Below the pieces are notes generated by a model that saw only the letters and a list, made by a program, of their open reading frames with translations, searched no databases and was not told the origin of the DNA. From Trypanosoma brucei (taxonomy: Eukaryota): DNA of 64,000 nt. The translations under genes were made by a program, and so were the position numbers. The stretch spans positions 1,408,001-1,472,000 of the forward strand of contig CP000070.1 in assembly GCA_000002445.1 (NCBI GenBank). The letters run 5' to 3'. Within the stretch, counting starts at the first letter, position 1, and every line of letters begins with the position of its first letter. Shown here in pieces: positions 1 through 10,633 of this stretch.

Positions 1-1
1 T

Positions 2-757
2 TCGGGGTCAGCTTCCGTTGAACCAACCGCAAAGGATAGTGATAAATCGCAGAAGAAAGTAAGAATAGCCACGAATGCGAAGGACCGCCCAACTAGTGCT
101 GGAACCGCTGCAAACACGAAACCACCACTGCGGCAACCTTCAGAATCAGGAAGGGGGAGATCGTGTTCGTCTGTGAGTCCAACCCGCGAAGCACGACGGA
201 CTTCGTCGGCACAGGGAGGTCGCTCCTCTCCCTACGTCCATGGACCCGTTGTGAAAAAAGTGAACAACTTCACGGCACAGGGGACGACACTGCTTTCTGC
301 AGCACGGCGTTCTGCCAACTTTCAGGTTCCTACGATTTATCAGTACCCTGAAGAGTTGCTTGCAGCCGCCTCTCAAGGTGATGTTGCGGTGTTTCAGAGA
401 CTACGAGAGGAGGACCCACAACTCTCACGTGGTTTTGAGAAAGTGCGTGACTATTCAGGTCGGACCATCCTGCATATTGCTGCATGGTATGGACACGTGC
501 AGGTGCTGAAGATATTGCTGCAACCCACTCCGGTGGCTCCGCTTCTTGAGTTACGTGCCCTTCGGTCGGTGAATGGAAACACAATCCTCCACAGCGCAGC
601 TCAGGGAGGGAGAGTGGATGCAGTGCAGTGGCTTCGGTTTAGTACCGCCGCAGCGTCCCTCATTGGACAGAGAAATGCGCGCGGTATCACGGCAACTGAG
701 TGTGCTAGGGAAGCGGGCTTCTCGAATGTGGCTTTGATGTTGGCTGAAACAATGTAA
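2..757 (+). CDS. ankyrin-repeat protein; 5' end lies outside the window (track ORF 173..757 starts at an internal GTG)
   Basis: The translation has three ankyrin-like repeats (GRTILHIAAWYGHVQVLKILL; NGNTILHSAAQGGRVDAVQWL; ARGITATECAREAGFSNVALML) that fit the G-T-LH-AA--GH--V--LL consensus. The same frame has no stop codon from nt 2 to 172, so the gene probably starts upstream. Stop codon at 755-757. Confidence 0.6.
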   Translation, partial: SGSASVEPTAKDSDKSQKKVRIATNAKDRPTSAGTAANTKPPLRQPSESGRGRSCSSVSPTREARRTSSAQGGRSSPYVHGPVVKKVNNFTAQGTTLLSAARRSANFQVPTIYQYPEELLAAASQGDVAVFQRLREEDPQLSRGFEKVRDYSGRTILHIAAWYGHVQVLKILLQPTPVAPLLELRALRSVNGNTILHSAAQGGRVDAVQWLRFSTAAASLIGQRNARGITATECAREAGFSNVALMLAETM

Positions 758-838
758 CAGACGTGACATTCCCTATGAATCTGGAATTTGTTTCGGGTGC
801 GTCGGCGATGCGTTACAACAGCACGATACTGGCGCCGT

Positions 839-847
839 ACGTGTGTA

Positions 848-890
<43 letters not shown>
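839..890. repeat. (TG)n/(TATG) microsatellite
   Basis: gtgtgtatgtatgtgtgtgtgtgtgtgtgtgtgtgtgtgtgtgtgtttg, downstream of the ankyrin gene stop. Confidence 0.9.
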
Positions 891-1575
891 GCGTGCTAAG
901 GGGAGCACTGCGAAACTTTGTTCGGGGAATGGGCGGTGTGTTTGGTGGCTGCATTAAGAGACTAAGGTGGAAAAAGAAAGGGAGCAGGGTAAACAACTGG
1001 CCTCTCGGGTACGTTCTGTCAATAATACGTGTTGGCTGCAATTTATAGATATGCAATGCTAATGGCATTGAGGACGACAGGCCATAGAAATAGGGAGTAA
1101 TTTAGCACAAGGTGATAATTGCCTCGCTCACTTCCTGTACACATAGAGTTGGTATAATTCAAGGCAATTACAATATTTTAGGCACTGTGACGCCTTTTGA
1201 AAGAGAGGTGCTCTTACGTTTATGCTTTTGCAGGTGTGTGCCAGCTTTGATGTTCTAAGGAGACACCGCCATCCTGAACAAGGAGGGAAACACCGCAGAA
1301 GAGTTTCAGCACGGAGAGCGAAGTCGTGTTCACACTCCTCGCGCTTACCTTCTTTTCGGGGCACCGACTCGTGTTGTGACGTACCACGATTCGTTTCCTT
1401 TGCGTATTTTTTTTTTGCTATTAACACCAATTGATAATCTTCCTATATGCTTGTATGATTCAATTCATTGTGGGTTGGATAGCGCCGTTTTTGTTGCTGT
1501 GAACCGTGTGCACGTGACGGCCCATTTACGGGATGGCTGCGCATCGACAGTGTAATTCAAAACAAACTACACAAG

Positions 1576-1621
1576 TTTTTCTTTTCTTTTCTCCTGCTCT
1601 CTGCATTTAACCACTACGTAG
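1576..1621 (+). promoter_or_regulatory. candidate trans-splice acceptor region (polypyrimidine tract + AG) for the YEATS-domain gene
   Basis: tttttcttttcttttctcctgctctctgc followed by AG at 1620-1621, about 190 nt upstream of ATG 1810. This is the kinetoplastid SL-addition architecture. The exact site is not determinable from sequence alone. Confidence 0.3.
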
Positions 1622-1809
1622 GGTTCCCTAAGAACATTCTCCAGTAAAGTGTGCGAACGTTAACGGGAACTGAAGCACCACGGTGAGTCACACAACCGTC
1701 TCGAGGAGGGGGACAGAGGAAATCAAGGTGGAAAGGGGAAATAGGGTTGTTTGTGTGTGTGTGTGTGTGACATCTGCCGTGAAAGGAATTTTGCCTCACT
1801 GCAAGCCAA

Positions 1810-3798
1810 ATGATTCACGGCAATGCTGCGCCCATCAGCCGTGCGTTTACAATTCATTTCAAAGGGGAGCTGTTCCGTGCCCTAATCGACTGTCGCACGG
1901 CGCTCACGCTTCGTGATTTGATTGCCGTGGCTGTTCCGAATCCCTCCGGCTCTAACTCTTCCTCCACAACAACTGGGGATTTCTCAACTGATTGGGTTGA
2001 TAACTGCATTTGTGCCTTTGGTGGGCAGCGACTTTCCCTCGACACACTAACGGAGTCAGCGCCACTGGTATTGGATGTTTCGTGGTCGGAAAGCGCGCGG
2101 GGCGGAACCAGGAAAAGGATGAGACGCGACTTCATTTCTTTTAAGGAGGAGGATCGAAATCTTTTACCATGTAAAGTGTCGCAGGAAGAGATTGGTTACA
2201 GCGGTCGAAAGAGTGGAAGCAAAGAAATTAAGAACAATATTGACGATAAGTACAGCGTTTTTGATGCTAAAAGTGGTGTAGTGCTCTCCTTTGATTCAAG
2301 TAGTCGTTATGGTGTCGAAGGGAAGTTTAGCGCAGATGATAATAACAGTAATGATAATAGCTGCAGCAGCGATGATGGAGAGGATGATGACTGCATTAAC
2401 AGTGAGGGTCGCACCCCTTGCGAAGATTATGACGACCGCCAGTACGAGGCTATTTTGCCAGTTGTTGTGGGTGGGGTTGTGAGGTTGGTAAACATGGAAA
2501 GCCGTGACAAGAGTCACGAGTGGACTGTGTATGTACGGGGTTTGTTTAATGAGTCGAAGTACCTTGCTGACTGCATTGAGTCTGTTCGTTTTTTCCTCGA
2601 TGCATCTTTCACCCCATCAGAACGCCTGGTGACGTCTCCCCCGTTCGAGTTAACTGAAGTCGGCTGGGGAGAGTTCATCGTCAAGGTTTCAATACAACTG
2701 CGGCATTACCCGCGTCCAATTCAGATTGATTTATCATCCTCGAGCGCTTCACCTGTAACATCTGGGGTTGTGAAGTCACCGTCGCTCCTGCCACTGTTAC
2801 CGACTTCTGCTGAAACCCTGTCCGATGTGAAGGTGGCATCCGCAATTTTGTCACCATCGACGGCCGATGGTCCTTTGATTGGGTTAACAAATGGTCCCGC
2901 TTTGTCCCCTTTGATTAGTGTGCTCAGTCGGCATCATTACCATGGTTGTGCCAGTGATAGTGTTGGCCACACGATAGTAAAGAAAGAGGAGGAGGAGGAG
3001 GGTGATGATCAATGCACAAAATGCGACGCAAAGAGAAATGTGTTTGGCAGCACGGAGAAAGCTGAGGAAGCCGGAAGGCGTGCCCAGAATAACAATTGTG
3101 TCAATGTTTTGTTCAATCCAAATGCCTCTGTCTCGTCGGATGTTGAAACACTGGGAACGTGCTCTGGTGTTGTGGTCCTCTCGCACCTGCTGCGGTTTTC
3201 ACACCGTGTGAAACGCCTTCATTGTATTCCCCCCCTGGGACGGCCGTACGAGCCGGAGGAGCACGTGGGATATACGCTTGTTCAACATCCTGTTGTGACG
3301 GAACACTATGATGAGATTGTCATTCCAGACGCCCCGCTGGAGATTAAAAAGGCACTTGCATCACTTCCTGAGTTGCTTCAGAATCGTGTTTCTTCCGTGA
3401 AAGGGGTGCGAGCACCCACGACTCAGCAGCAGGGTAACCATCGTGGCAGCACTACTCTCCACCGAGATGCAGTTGCCAGCATCTACGCTGAGGACGGAGT
3501 TTCATGCTGGAAATACATCAAACATGAGGAGTTGGATGATATTGCACTAGCAGAAGCGTATTTGGATAACCTCAGCACATGCCCTAAATCATTTTTCCAC
3601 GTAGATTCTCATGTTGTTGAGGCGAATCAGCCACTAGCACTGCCTCGACCTGGGCGCGGCAGGAGAAAGTTAATGGGGGCAGAAATTGACCTCGCGGCTC
3701 TAAGAGCAGCGAAGAAAGGGTTAACAGATGCCATTGGGCGGATGCGGCGTGAGGCGGTGTTGCGGCAGGCGGCTCATATCTACCAGCAGTACACATAA
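1810..3798 (+). CDS. YEATS-domain protein (putative chromatin acyl-lysine reader), 662 aa
   Basis: ATG start, 1989 nt ORF. The segment about 2450-2730 encodes VVGGVVRLVNMESRDKSHEWTVYVRG...VRFFLDASFTPSERLVTSPPFELTEVGWGEFIVKVSIQL. This aligns by eye to the YEATS core of AF9/Yaf9 (THDWMVFVRG...[36 protein letters not shown]). The N-terminal part is Ser/Asp/Asn-rich and low complexity. A polypyrimidine tract at 1576-1604 plus an AG at 1620 sit upstream. Confidence 0.7.
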   Translation: MIHGNAAPISRAFTIHFKGELFRALIDCRTALTLRDLIAVAVPNPSGSNSSSTTTGDFSTDWVDNCICAFGGQRLSLDTLTESAPLVLDVSWSESARGGTRKRMRRDFISFKEEDRNLLPCKVSQEEIGYSGRKSGSKEIKNNIDDKYSVFDAKSGVVLSFDSSSRYGVEGKFSADDNNSNDNSCSSDDGEDDDCINSEGRTPCEDYDDRQYEAILPVVVGGVVRLVNMESRDKSHEWTVYVRGLFNESKYLADCIESVRFFLDASFTPSERLVTSPPFELTEVGWGEFIVKVSIQLRHYPRPIQIDLSSSSASPVTSGVVKSPSLLPLLPTSAETLSDVKVASAILSPSTADGPLIGLTNGPALSPLISVLSRHHYHGCASDSVGHTIVKKEEEEEGDDQCTKCDAKRNVFGSTEKAEEAGRRAQNNNCVNVLFNPNASVSSDVETLGTCSGVVVLSHLLRFSHRVKRLHCIPPLGRPYEPEEHVGYTLVQHPVVTEHYDEIVIPDAPLEIKKALASLPELLQNRVSSVKGVRAPTTQQQGNHRGSTTLHRDAVASIYAEDGVSCWKYIKHEELDDIALAEAYLDNLSTCPKSFFHVDSHVVEANQPLALPRPGRGRRKLMGAEIDLAALRAAKKGLTDAIGRMRREAVLRQAAHIYQQYT

Positions 3799-5044
3799 AC
3801 GGATAAAGTTGGCACTAACTGTTAGCTTTTACAGTATCTGACGTGTTGCTCTTATACGGTTCAATATTGAGCTAAGTTTTCATTCAGCATAACTTTTGTT
3901 GTTGTTGTTAACCTCCCTCCGTTGCCAAATCAGCGAAGATATTTATATTTTTAGCTCGTCCATCTTCCAGCCGATTAAATAAACCTGAGGAACGGGCAGG
4001 CGTTTGTGAGCGGGAGTATGCGCGAGGAGTGAAGTGAGGCGGCTTTTGGGAGGAAGTGGAGAGTTTGGGTTTGTCTTTGTGGAGGTGCGTGACTATTTTT
4101 ATGGGACTTGGGAGTTGAGTGGGAAAGGCGAGTGAACATTTGCCGCTGTGCAGTCGGTTCGCTTAGTTGTGGCGCTTGTTTTTATATCTTGGATGCTCTT
4201 TCTTTGGTTAGTGTTGTCTCACAACAACAGAGAACTTGGGGGGGGGGAATGCAATTTCCTTTTCTTCATTTTTTTTCCGAGCCCTTACATCAGTGAACCC
4301 TTCGCGTACACTTGAAAGCATAGGTCCACGGACGTTTGTTTTTGGAGCAATTATCGCTAATGTTCATGGATGTGTGCGACGGTCAGGAAAGTGTCCTCAC
4401 AAACTTTTACATGTTTTTTTTCTTTTTGTCACCTTTTAAAATGTTTAAAGCCCTTCCATCCCTTTTTGTCCCTTTCCCCCCATCGCACGTCTTTTTAAAA
4501 AAGCTGACTCACCAGCGCTGGGGTGTCTAACGCACCAGTTACTTAGTTGCATATCAAGGGGACAAAGAGCATAAACAGAAAAGTAAAAGGCAAATTGACA
4601 GATACATAGAAACACGCAAAAGTACGTATATATATATATATATACTCGTCCACATAGATTTATTCACTGTGTGCCCAACGGCGAAGCAGTGGCAAAACTG
4701 AAGAGCAACAAACAGGTTTGATTTATTTGAAAGTTCTTTGAGGGACTATATCTCTCCTCTTTTTTTTACAAAAAGGAAAAAGAGATACTCACACGGAGAG
4801 GATAATTTGCGTTTTATCGAGGCGCAGTTGTTTTTGTTGTTAATTTCTTTTTTCCATCGCTGCACGGAAGGGGGGGGCAGCAAAACACACATAGACGTAG
4901 ATATACATATATAAACACGTTTACGTGCACACATAGATACGAATATATACATATATATATATACATATAGAGAGAGAGAGTTTCATACGCATTTCTTACG
5001 TAACAAAGGCGGAAACCAAAGCACACCAAAAAAAAAAAAAGAGG

Positions 5045-7285
5045 ATGGAAACACAGGTACCTCAGAATGTTATGGAGGATGCCATTGCGGTGTGGAACCG
5101 TTTGCAATGTTGGGGAAACGCTAGCAACTATCTTCTGGCGTTGAATAACCCGTGCATGCAGCACCAAAAGCATGGCGTAACAAAATGGGATCCCTACTCG
5201 ATACGTCTTGCAAGGCGCGTCGTTGCGGTGGTGGAGCGGCTTGACAACCACAGAGAGAAGTCTCTGGGGTTAGGCGCCACACCACGTGAAAAGTTACTGG
5301 CACTGGCTGAAGTTGTGCGGTTGTGTTTGGAATCGTTTGACCCTCTGGGAACTCCGTTGGTGCAGGGGGCAGCATTTCCCTTCAAAACACCGTCATCATT
5401 CCTCTCGCCATCGCCTCCCGTTGAGTGGGAAAGAGCTGTTGATAAGCGAGTTGTGAGTGGTACCATGATCATGGAGGGGCTACACATCCTCACTTATCCC
5501 AGTGTGCAACTGAGAATTGAAGCAAGTGTTGAGCAACTGCTGCAACACATTATGGAAGAGTTTAACGGTGGAAGCAAAAGGACGATGAGACACTCACCGG
5601 AGGAGTTGCGAGCGCTACGAGCAACCACCATGCTTCTGGAGGATTTCGATGCTTTGTATAAGCGTATTGTATGCGTGTTTCCGTGTGTTCGAATGATGGG
5701 ATCGCCGCATATTCCTGTTGCTCTGTTACCTATCGTAATTAAATTGTACTACAAAATGGCAGAATGGGTGCGAGACGCAGAGGTCACTGGGGAATTGAAC
5801 AGCTTCGCTCAGATAACGGTATTCAAGAAGAAGAAGTTGTTCGTGAAGATGCGTCGGGGGGATAAGAATGTACCTTGGGGACTGCAGTTTAATGATGAGG
5901 GAAGAGTGGTACAAGTCAACCCATCTGTGCGTTCCGGTTCCCACGCCGCTGAGGTGTTGCATGGTTTGACACAATTCTTCAAGAAGGGTTTGTCGATAGT
6001 TGAACTGAATTCACAACCGGTTAGCTTTGCAAATTTGACTGCAAAGCAGGCGACAGACAAGCTTCACTTTTGGACAATTGATGATTCTCGTCTGTCCCTT
6101 ACAATGCAAGACGACCACACGACTCCTCCTTTACTTGAGCAACTCGCCTTTTTTGTGGTGCCAGGCGCTAAAAAACAGTGTGGAACACTACGTGATGGAG
6201 ATGATACGTGTGCGACGCTCGTCCTCCATAGGGAACTCTGCGGAATATCATGGGACATCCGCCTCACCTCGGAGCTGTGTGTAGTGGATGTACCCACCAG
6301 CATTCTCTCTAAGGAGGCGGCAACTTTCTTCAAAACTCACCACAAGCAGCTGCGCATTGGGGCTATAAATGGTGTTAAAGTGACGAGAGCGTATCAAGTA
6401 GAAGCACTGAGTCAGTTCGTCAACACGATCGTGATTGATTTTTACAAAGTCCCACCCCCAGAGACGGTACCTGCACAAGTAAAACCGAAACGGGTCCCTG
6501 CCCTGAAGAGTGATACGAAAAATACACCCTCTCAACATACCTCTGTGGTTGTGACTGCTACTGCAGTAGCTGCTCCAGAAACCGTGAAGCGCATTGCGAA
6601 CGATGGCAAGGAGCAGCAACTGAGGGAGGTGCAAACATCAAAAAAGAAGATTGAAGATTCATCTCCACTTGATAAGGCAGGCGGTAAATCCAACAGTACA
6701 ACTGCTATTGTCCATGCAAAGGAGGCACCACTCGTACTGGTTTCCACCGTGGCTGAGAAATTGAGGAGTATCGCGAGAGCAGGAAGCATTCCGGGGAAAA
6801 ATGGTGCCAACGGTTTTTTGGAGGATGCTGAAAGAAGAGCAGTAAGCAAGAACGATGAGTACCGCTCTGCAACGAAACAAAATGAGGTGCGAGGCAACCT
6901 TGACGGTGATGTGACGACTTCTCTTACAGACACAGTGATGGTGTTGGATATGGATGGCGCGGAGCCACTTACTTTCCCCAACAATGTTACAATAAATATG
7001 TTGACACCTGAGGAGATGGTGGTGCAGCGACCATCATGCGAAAAGAAGTGGGGATTCTCCCTTGAAACGGAAGGAATGTACCCTAAAAAGACCATTCACA
7101 TGTCTGGACTTCCGCGTATGCTGGATGAACAATGGCATCACCCGTTCAGCAAACTGTTTCGTTCACGTAAAGGTGAATGGCGCATTGCTAGTGTGAACGG
7201 GACCCCGGCGTCACAGTTGCCCGAAGTAATTGACGTAATGAAACATGCTTTGAAGATGCAAATTAAGTTCATTAGACGATGGTAG
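5045..7285 (+). CDS. hypothetical protein with three PDZ-like domains, 746 aa
   Basis: ATG start. GLGF-type carboxylate-binding loops followed by PDZ-like cores occur three times. The first is KNVPWGLQFNDEGRVVQVNPSVRSGSHAAEVL...GLSIVELNSQPV. The second is LCGISWDIRL...LRIGAINGVKVTRAYQVEAL. The third is KKWGFSLETEGMYPKKTIHMSGL...WRIASVNGTPASQLPEVIDVMK. Polypyrimidine tracts lie at about 4740-4760 upstream. Confidence 0.6.
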   Translation: METQVPQNVMEDAIAVWNRLQCWGNASNYLLALNNPCMQHQKHGVTKWDPYSIRLARRVVAVVERLDNHREKSLGLGATPREKLLALAEVVRLCLESFDPLGTPLVQGAAFPFKTPSSFLSPSPPVEWERAVDKRVVSGTMIMEGLHILTYPSVQLRIEASVEQLLQHIMEEFNGGSKRTMRHSPEELRALRATTMLLEDFDALYKRIVCVFPCVRMMGSPHIPVALLPIVIKLYYKMAEWVRDAEVTGELNSFAQITVFKKKKLFVKMRRGDKNVPWGLQFNDEGRVVQVNPSVRSGSHAAEVLHGLTQFFKKGLSIVELNSQPVSFANLTAKQATDKLHFWTIDDSRLSLTMQDDHTTPPLLEQLAFFVVPGAKKQCGTLRDGDDTCATLVLHRELCGISWDIRLTSELCVVDVPTSILSKEAATFFKTHHKQLRIGAINGVKVTRAYQVEALSQFVNTIVIDFYKVPPPETVPAQVKPKRVPALKSDTKNTPSQHTSVVVTATAVAAPETVKRIANDGKEQQLREVQTSKKKIEDSSPLDKAGGKSNSTTAIVHAKEAPLVLVSTVAEKLRSIARAGSIPGKNGANGFLEDAERRAVSKNDEYRSATKQNEVRGNLDGDVTTSLTDTVMVLDMDGAEPLTFPNNVTINMLTPEEMVVQRPSCEKKWGFSLETEGMYPKKTIHMSGLPRMLDEQWHHPFSKLFRSRKGEWRIASVNGTPASQLPEVIDVMKHALKMQIKFIRRW

Positions 7286-7980
7286 CGTTTCTACCGGAGC
7301 AACCATTCTTCATCGTCGCATCCCTAAAAAGTTAACACAACTTTTTTTTCTTTGTCTACTGCGTTTGGGAGTGCGGGGCATCGAACTATCGAAAGCGGTA
7401 AAGGTATCAGGGAGGTCTAAGGAGCTCTTTTCCATTTCGTTTTTTACTGCTTTGCTGGATTTATTGTTCCTCCACGCCGTTTTGGAAATAAAGTGCAGTA
7501 AAAGAGGAGAGGCAGAAGCTTGTGTGTGTGGGGCCCCTAAAATGTGAGACATGTTTGAGCTTGTCCGTGCTCCCGTTATTATGAACAGAATATGCTTGAG
7601 CAGCGGTGTATGGGGATGGAAAATAGTGTGTGGAGCCCCCACTAATTTTGTGGGAATCGTTCGCAGTGGCGTATCCTCTTTTCCAGCTATCTTTTTTACT
7701 TGTTTTTAGTACATCTACGTGGTTAAGTGATATAACATGTACTGTCTCCCCCTTAATATCTTCTTCGTGAGTAACCCCGCGGTTCTCACATATGACTTTT
7801 CGTGTATATCTCCTTCACCTCCCCTCTTCTTTGTTGATGATGCATCATGCGTGAGATACATATATATATTGGTTGGTGGGGGAATAAAAGAAAAAGAGAG
7901 ACTGAAGTCACTACGATTGGATACATCAATAGTGTGAAGTGAGGGTAGTTTTACTCATATTACCTTTGAGTGCTCGTCGA

Positions 7981-10296
7981 ATGCCCATTTCGCCCTTGGC
8001 CTTAACGTGGGTGACCGCCCACTTGAAACGGCGAGGTTTGCCGTGTAATATTCCGGGTGTTACGGCGGCTGAAGTCTGTTCTGAAGAGGAACCGAAGCCG
8101 GCTGCCGAGCCACAACACGAGGCAAAACCTCTCTCGCCTGATGAGCTTCTTCAGGCGCTGGGTCATTGCTTCACTTCACAACCGCCCAAGAAGGAAATGA
8201 CTAGTAATCAAAATCTCGTAAAGAACCCTAATGGCTTAGCTGAACATGAAACATCTCTTAGTCCGCAGCACAGATCAACCCCACAACGTGTTGCATCTGG
8301 TATTGTTAAACTAGTGGAACAACATGAAGAGCGGTCAGCCGCCACCAAAGGTACCACACAGTCATTGTTGCTATTAAACACTGTTTTGACCGCATGTATG
8401 CGACACGCACTTCGTTATAGTCGGTTGGATGCCTCTAAAGGTGAAGATGTAACGGCTAGTGGAGGTGATGGGGCGAGTACAGTTTCACCTTCGCAACAAA
8501 TAGCGTTTCCCTGGTCAGCGGACAGGGCGGCGAATCACTTATTGCATGTGTTTAGTGACGATGCTGTGCAGAAACAACTGCGTACTAGATTGTGGAAAAT
8601 CGTATCGAAAGAACATAAACAAATTGTCGGGGATGCTACGAAGTTGTTTCGTAGCTTACCCATTGATGGTAGCGGCGCCATCAATTTTGGGGAAGGCACC
8701 AGTGTTGCGGAGGAGGAACTGAAGAGGATGTTTTACATTCCGGAAAGTACCGTTGTTGCTACCTACGACGCCATTCGGAAATTATACAACGCCGAGGAGC
8801 CTACTCTTATCCTCTCTGATGCGTGGTCGAGTGGTGTCAATGGCGGGGAAGTATCACTACTAAGTGAATGCCATTTCGTTTATGAAGTATCCTCCCAGCA
8901 CCTTGCTGACTTACTAATGCAGGAGGTGCGGGCAAATGCCATGAAAGAGGAAAAAACGAAGGCGGAGAACTGCGAAGATCTCGGAGCCGCTTTGCAGCAA
9001 CCATACTCAAAGTTTACTTCGCAATTTTGCACTCTTTTGATGGAAATGAGTCGGGTGCGGATGGCAGCGGCGGTTCTTATGCAGTTTGAGATCCTCGCGC
9101 GTCGAATCGCTCTTTTAGCTAAAGGACCAACGGTAAATCAACAACGAGGATCGTGTGATACCTTTGTTGATTTGGGTGTAGCAGTTGCAGCGCAAGAACT
9201 CTGCACGCTGGCCGTGACTTCATCATCACGAGTATTGGAAACTGCACTTCACAAAAAGCGTTTTACAACTCTATTCCGCGTTACAGTAGGCGAGTCGCCG
9301 TCTTTAACCTCTCGTGGCGATCAACGAAAAAGCTCTAATGATGAGCAGAACGGTGCTGTTGTTACCGGTCCACTGCCCACACTCGGCTCCGCTTTTGCGC
9401 TTCTTTCATTGGGATCACCAATTAAGAAGGTAGCAGCGGTGGAACGGGCGAAGGCAAGAGCTTCTTCAGAGGTTGCTCTTGCTGCCAATTCTACGGATGT
9501 TCTTGGCGATTCTGGAAGCTGTGAGCACAACAACTCTTCTGTTGGTCCTGGAGATCCGTCGGGCGTTAGGTCTGTGGATTGTGCGGCAACATACGGTGCG
9601 TTCATGCAAACCATTATGAAAGCCGCTGGTGCTACAAATAGCTGCGCTACACTGGATGGGAAGCGCTGCAAAGGCAAAGCAAGACACACCACAAGTACGG
9701 AAGGTGCCCCTTCTGGTACGAGTGGCGGAATTCAGCAGCATCGGAACGAGCAGACAGAGCCGAGTGCCACATGGAAGTTTCGGTGTTGCCGGATGCAACG
9801 CGATAATGTGTTGGACGCGCTGGAGGCGATTCCCTGCGCTGAGAAGGATGCAAAAGTGCAGTTACTTAGGTCGTCAACGGACATTCCATGGCCTTTCACA
9901 TTGGATGCAATACCTGCTGATGGTGGTAGAAGCAACCTTGATTGTGGGGGCGGTAACTGTGGAAGTTCGAATTCATCCACCCTCTTGCAGGCAACTAGTG
10001 GTTTCACATCCACTGTGACTGATATGACAGTGCGGATGAAATTTAACGAATCCTGGTTTCCCCCTACGGAGCGTATGCACACTTCTGCTTGTACTGCACA
10101 CGATGGCGGAGGGACGACAACAACTCATGGTACTGGTTTTACTCCCATGGACTTTCAGCACGCCTCACAACTGCAGCGCGTCCTGGCCTTCAACGATGGT
10201 CGTTTTTTATTTATGAATGGTTGTCCTGCGAGTAAAGTTAAACCTTTGAATCGCCTCGCGCGGGAGTCGCTGAAACTGGTGGTACGCTTTCGCTGA
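7981..10296 (+). CDS. hypothetical protein (about 771 aa from first ATG; track ORF begins at GTG 7939)
   Basis: Long uninterrupted ORF with coding-like composition. The track start at 7939 is GTG, and the first in-frame ATG is at 7981 (MPISPLALT...). Polypyrimidine tracts at 7320-7360 and 7680-7720 precede it. No recognisable domain. The true start could also be a later ATG. Confidence 0.5.
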   Translation: MPISPLALTWVTAHLKRRGLPCNIPGVTAAEVCSEEEPKPAAEPQHEAKPLSPDELLQALGHCFTSQPPKKEMTSNQNLVKNPNGLAEHETSLSPQHRSTPQRVASGIVKLVEQHEERSAATKGTTQSLLLLNTVLTACMRHALRYSRLDASKGEDVTASGGDGASTVSPSQQIAFPWSADRAANHLLHVFSDDAVQKQLRTRLWKIVSKEHKQIVGDATKLFRSLPIDGSGAINFGEGTSVAEEELKRMFYIPESTVVATYDAIRKLYNAEEPTLILSDAWSSGVNGGEVSLLSECHFVYEVSSQHLADLLMQEVRANAMKEEKTKAENCEDLGAALQQPYSKFTSQFCTLLMEMSRVRMAAAVLMQFEILARRIALLAKGPTVNQQRGSCDTFVDLGVAVAAQELCTLAVTSSSRVLETALHKKRFTTLFRVTVGESPSLTSRGDQRKSSNDEQNGAVVTGPLPTLGSAFALLSLGSPIKKVAAVERAKARASSEVALAANSTDVLGDSGSCEHNNSSVGPGDPSGVRSVDCAATYGAFMQTIMKAAGATNSCATLDGKRCKGKARHTTSTEGAPSGTSGGIQQHRNEQTEPSATWKFRCCRMQRDNVLDALEAIPCAEKDAKVQLLRSSTDIPWPFTLDAIPADGGRSNLDCGGGNCGSSNSSTLLQATSGFTSTVTDMTVRMKFNESWFPPTERMHTSACTAHDGGGTTTTHGTGFTPMDFQHASQLQRVLAFNDGRFLFMNGCPASKVKPLNRLARESLKLVVRFR

Positions 10297-10602
10297 GAGT
10301 TACGGCGTAGTGACATGTGTGGGTGTGAATATTATTTTTTCTTTTGTGAGAAGAAAGGGCTGCCATTTGTGCTAGTCCCATTCTTCAATCAGAGAATTTT
10401 GATGGACGCATGCGTGTGTCGCCCTTCTTATTCCTTAGGGGTCCTCCCCTTCAATTTCCTCGGACGGGTTAAAATTGCGTTTCCCTCCCTCTTTCCCATC
10501 TTTTTTTCAGCTCTCCTTACGTTGCCCCTTCACATTCCACTTGCTGCCCTCGTTTTTATGCTCATCGCCGCCGCATTATCACTTTTTCACTTCCTTCTTT
10601 GA

Positions 10603-10603
<1 letters not shown>

Positions 10604-10628
<25 letters not shown>
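10604..10628. repeat. (AT)n microsatellite
   Basis: atatatatatatatatatatatata immediately 3' of the stop of a small ORF, in intergenic DNA. Confidence 0.85.

Positions 10629-10633
<5 letters not shown>

Noticed and set aside
173-175. GTG start codons used by the ORF track (173, 7939, 55019)
   Set aside because: This is eukaryotic nuclear DNA, so initiation at GTG is not expected. I re-anchored these genes on the first in-frame ATG, or on upstream continuation for the ankyrin gene.
6532-7095. 187-aa antisense ORF, plus many other 60-180 aa minus-strand ORFs inside the large + strand genes (e.g. 45584..46123, 52120..52659, 38942..39427)
   Set aside because: GC-rich coding DNA frequently yields antisense ORFs. 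They have no upstream polypyrimidine/AG context and contradict the single-direction polycistron.
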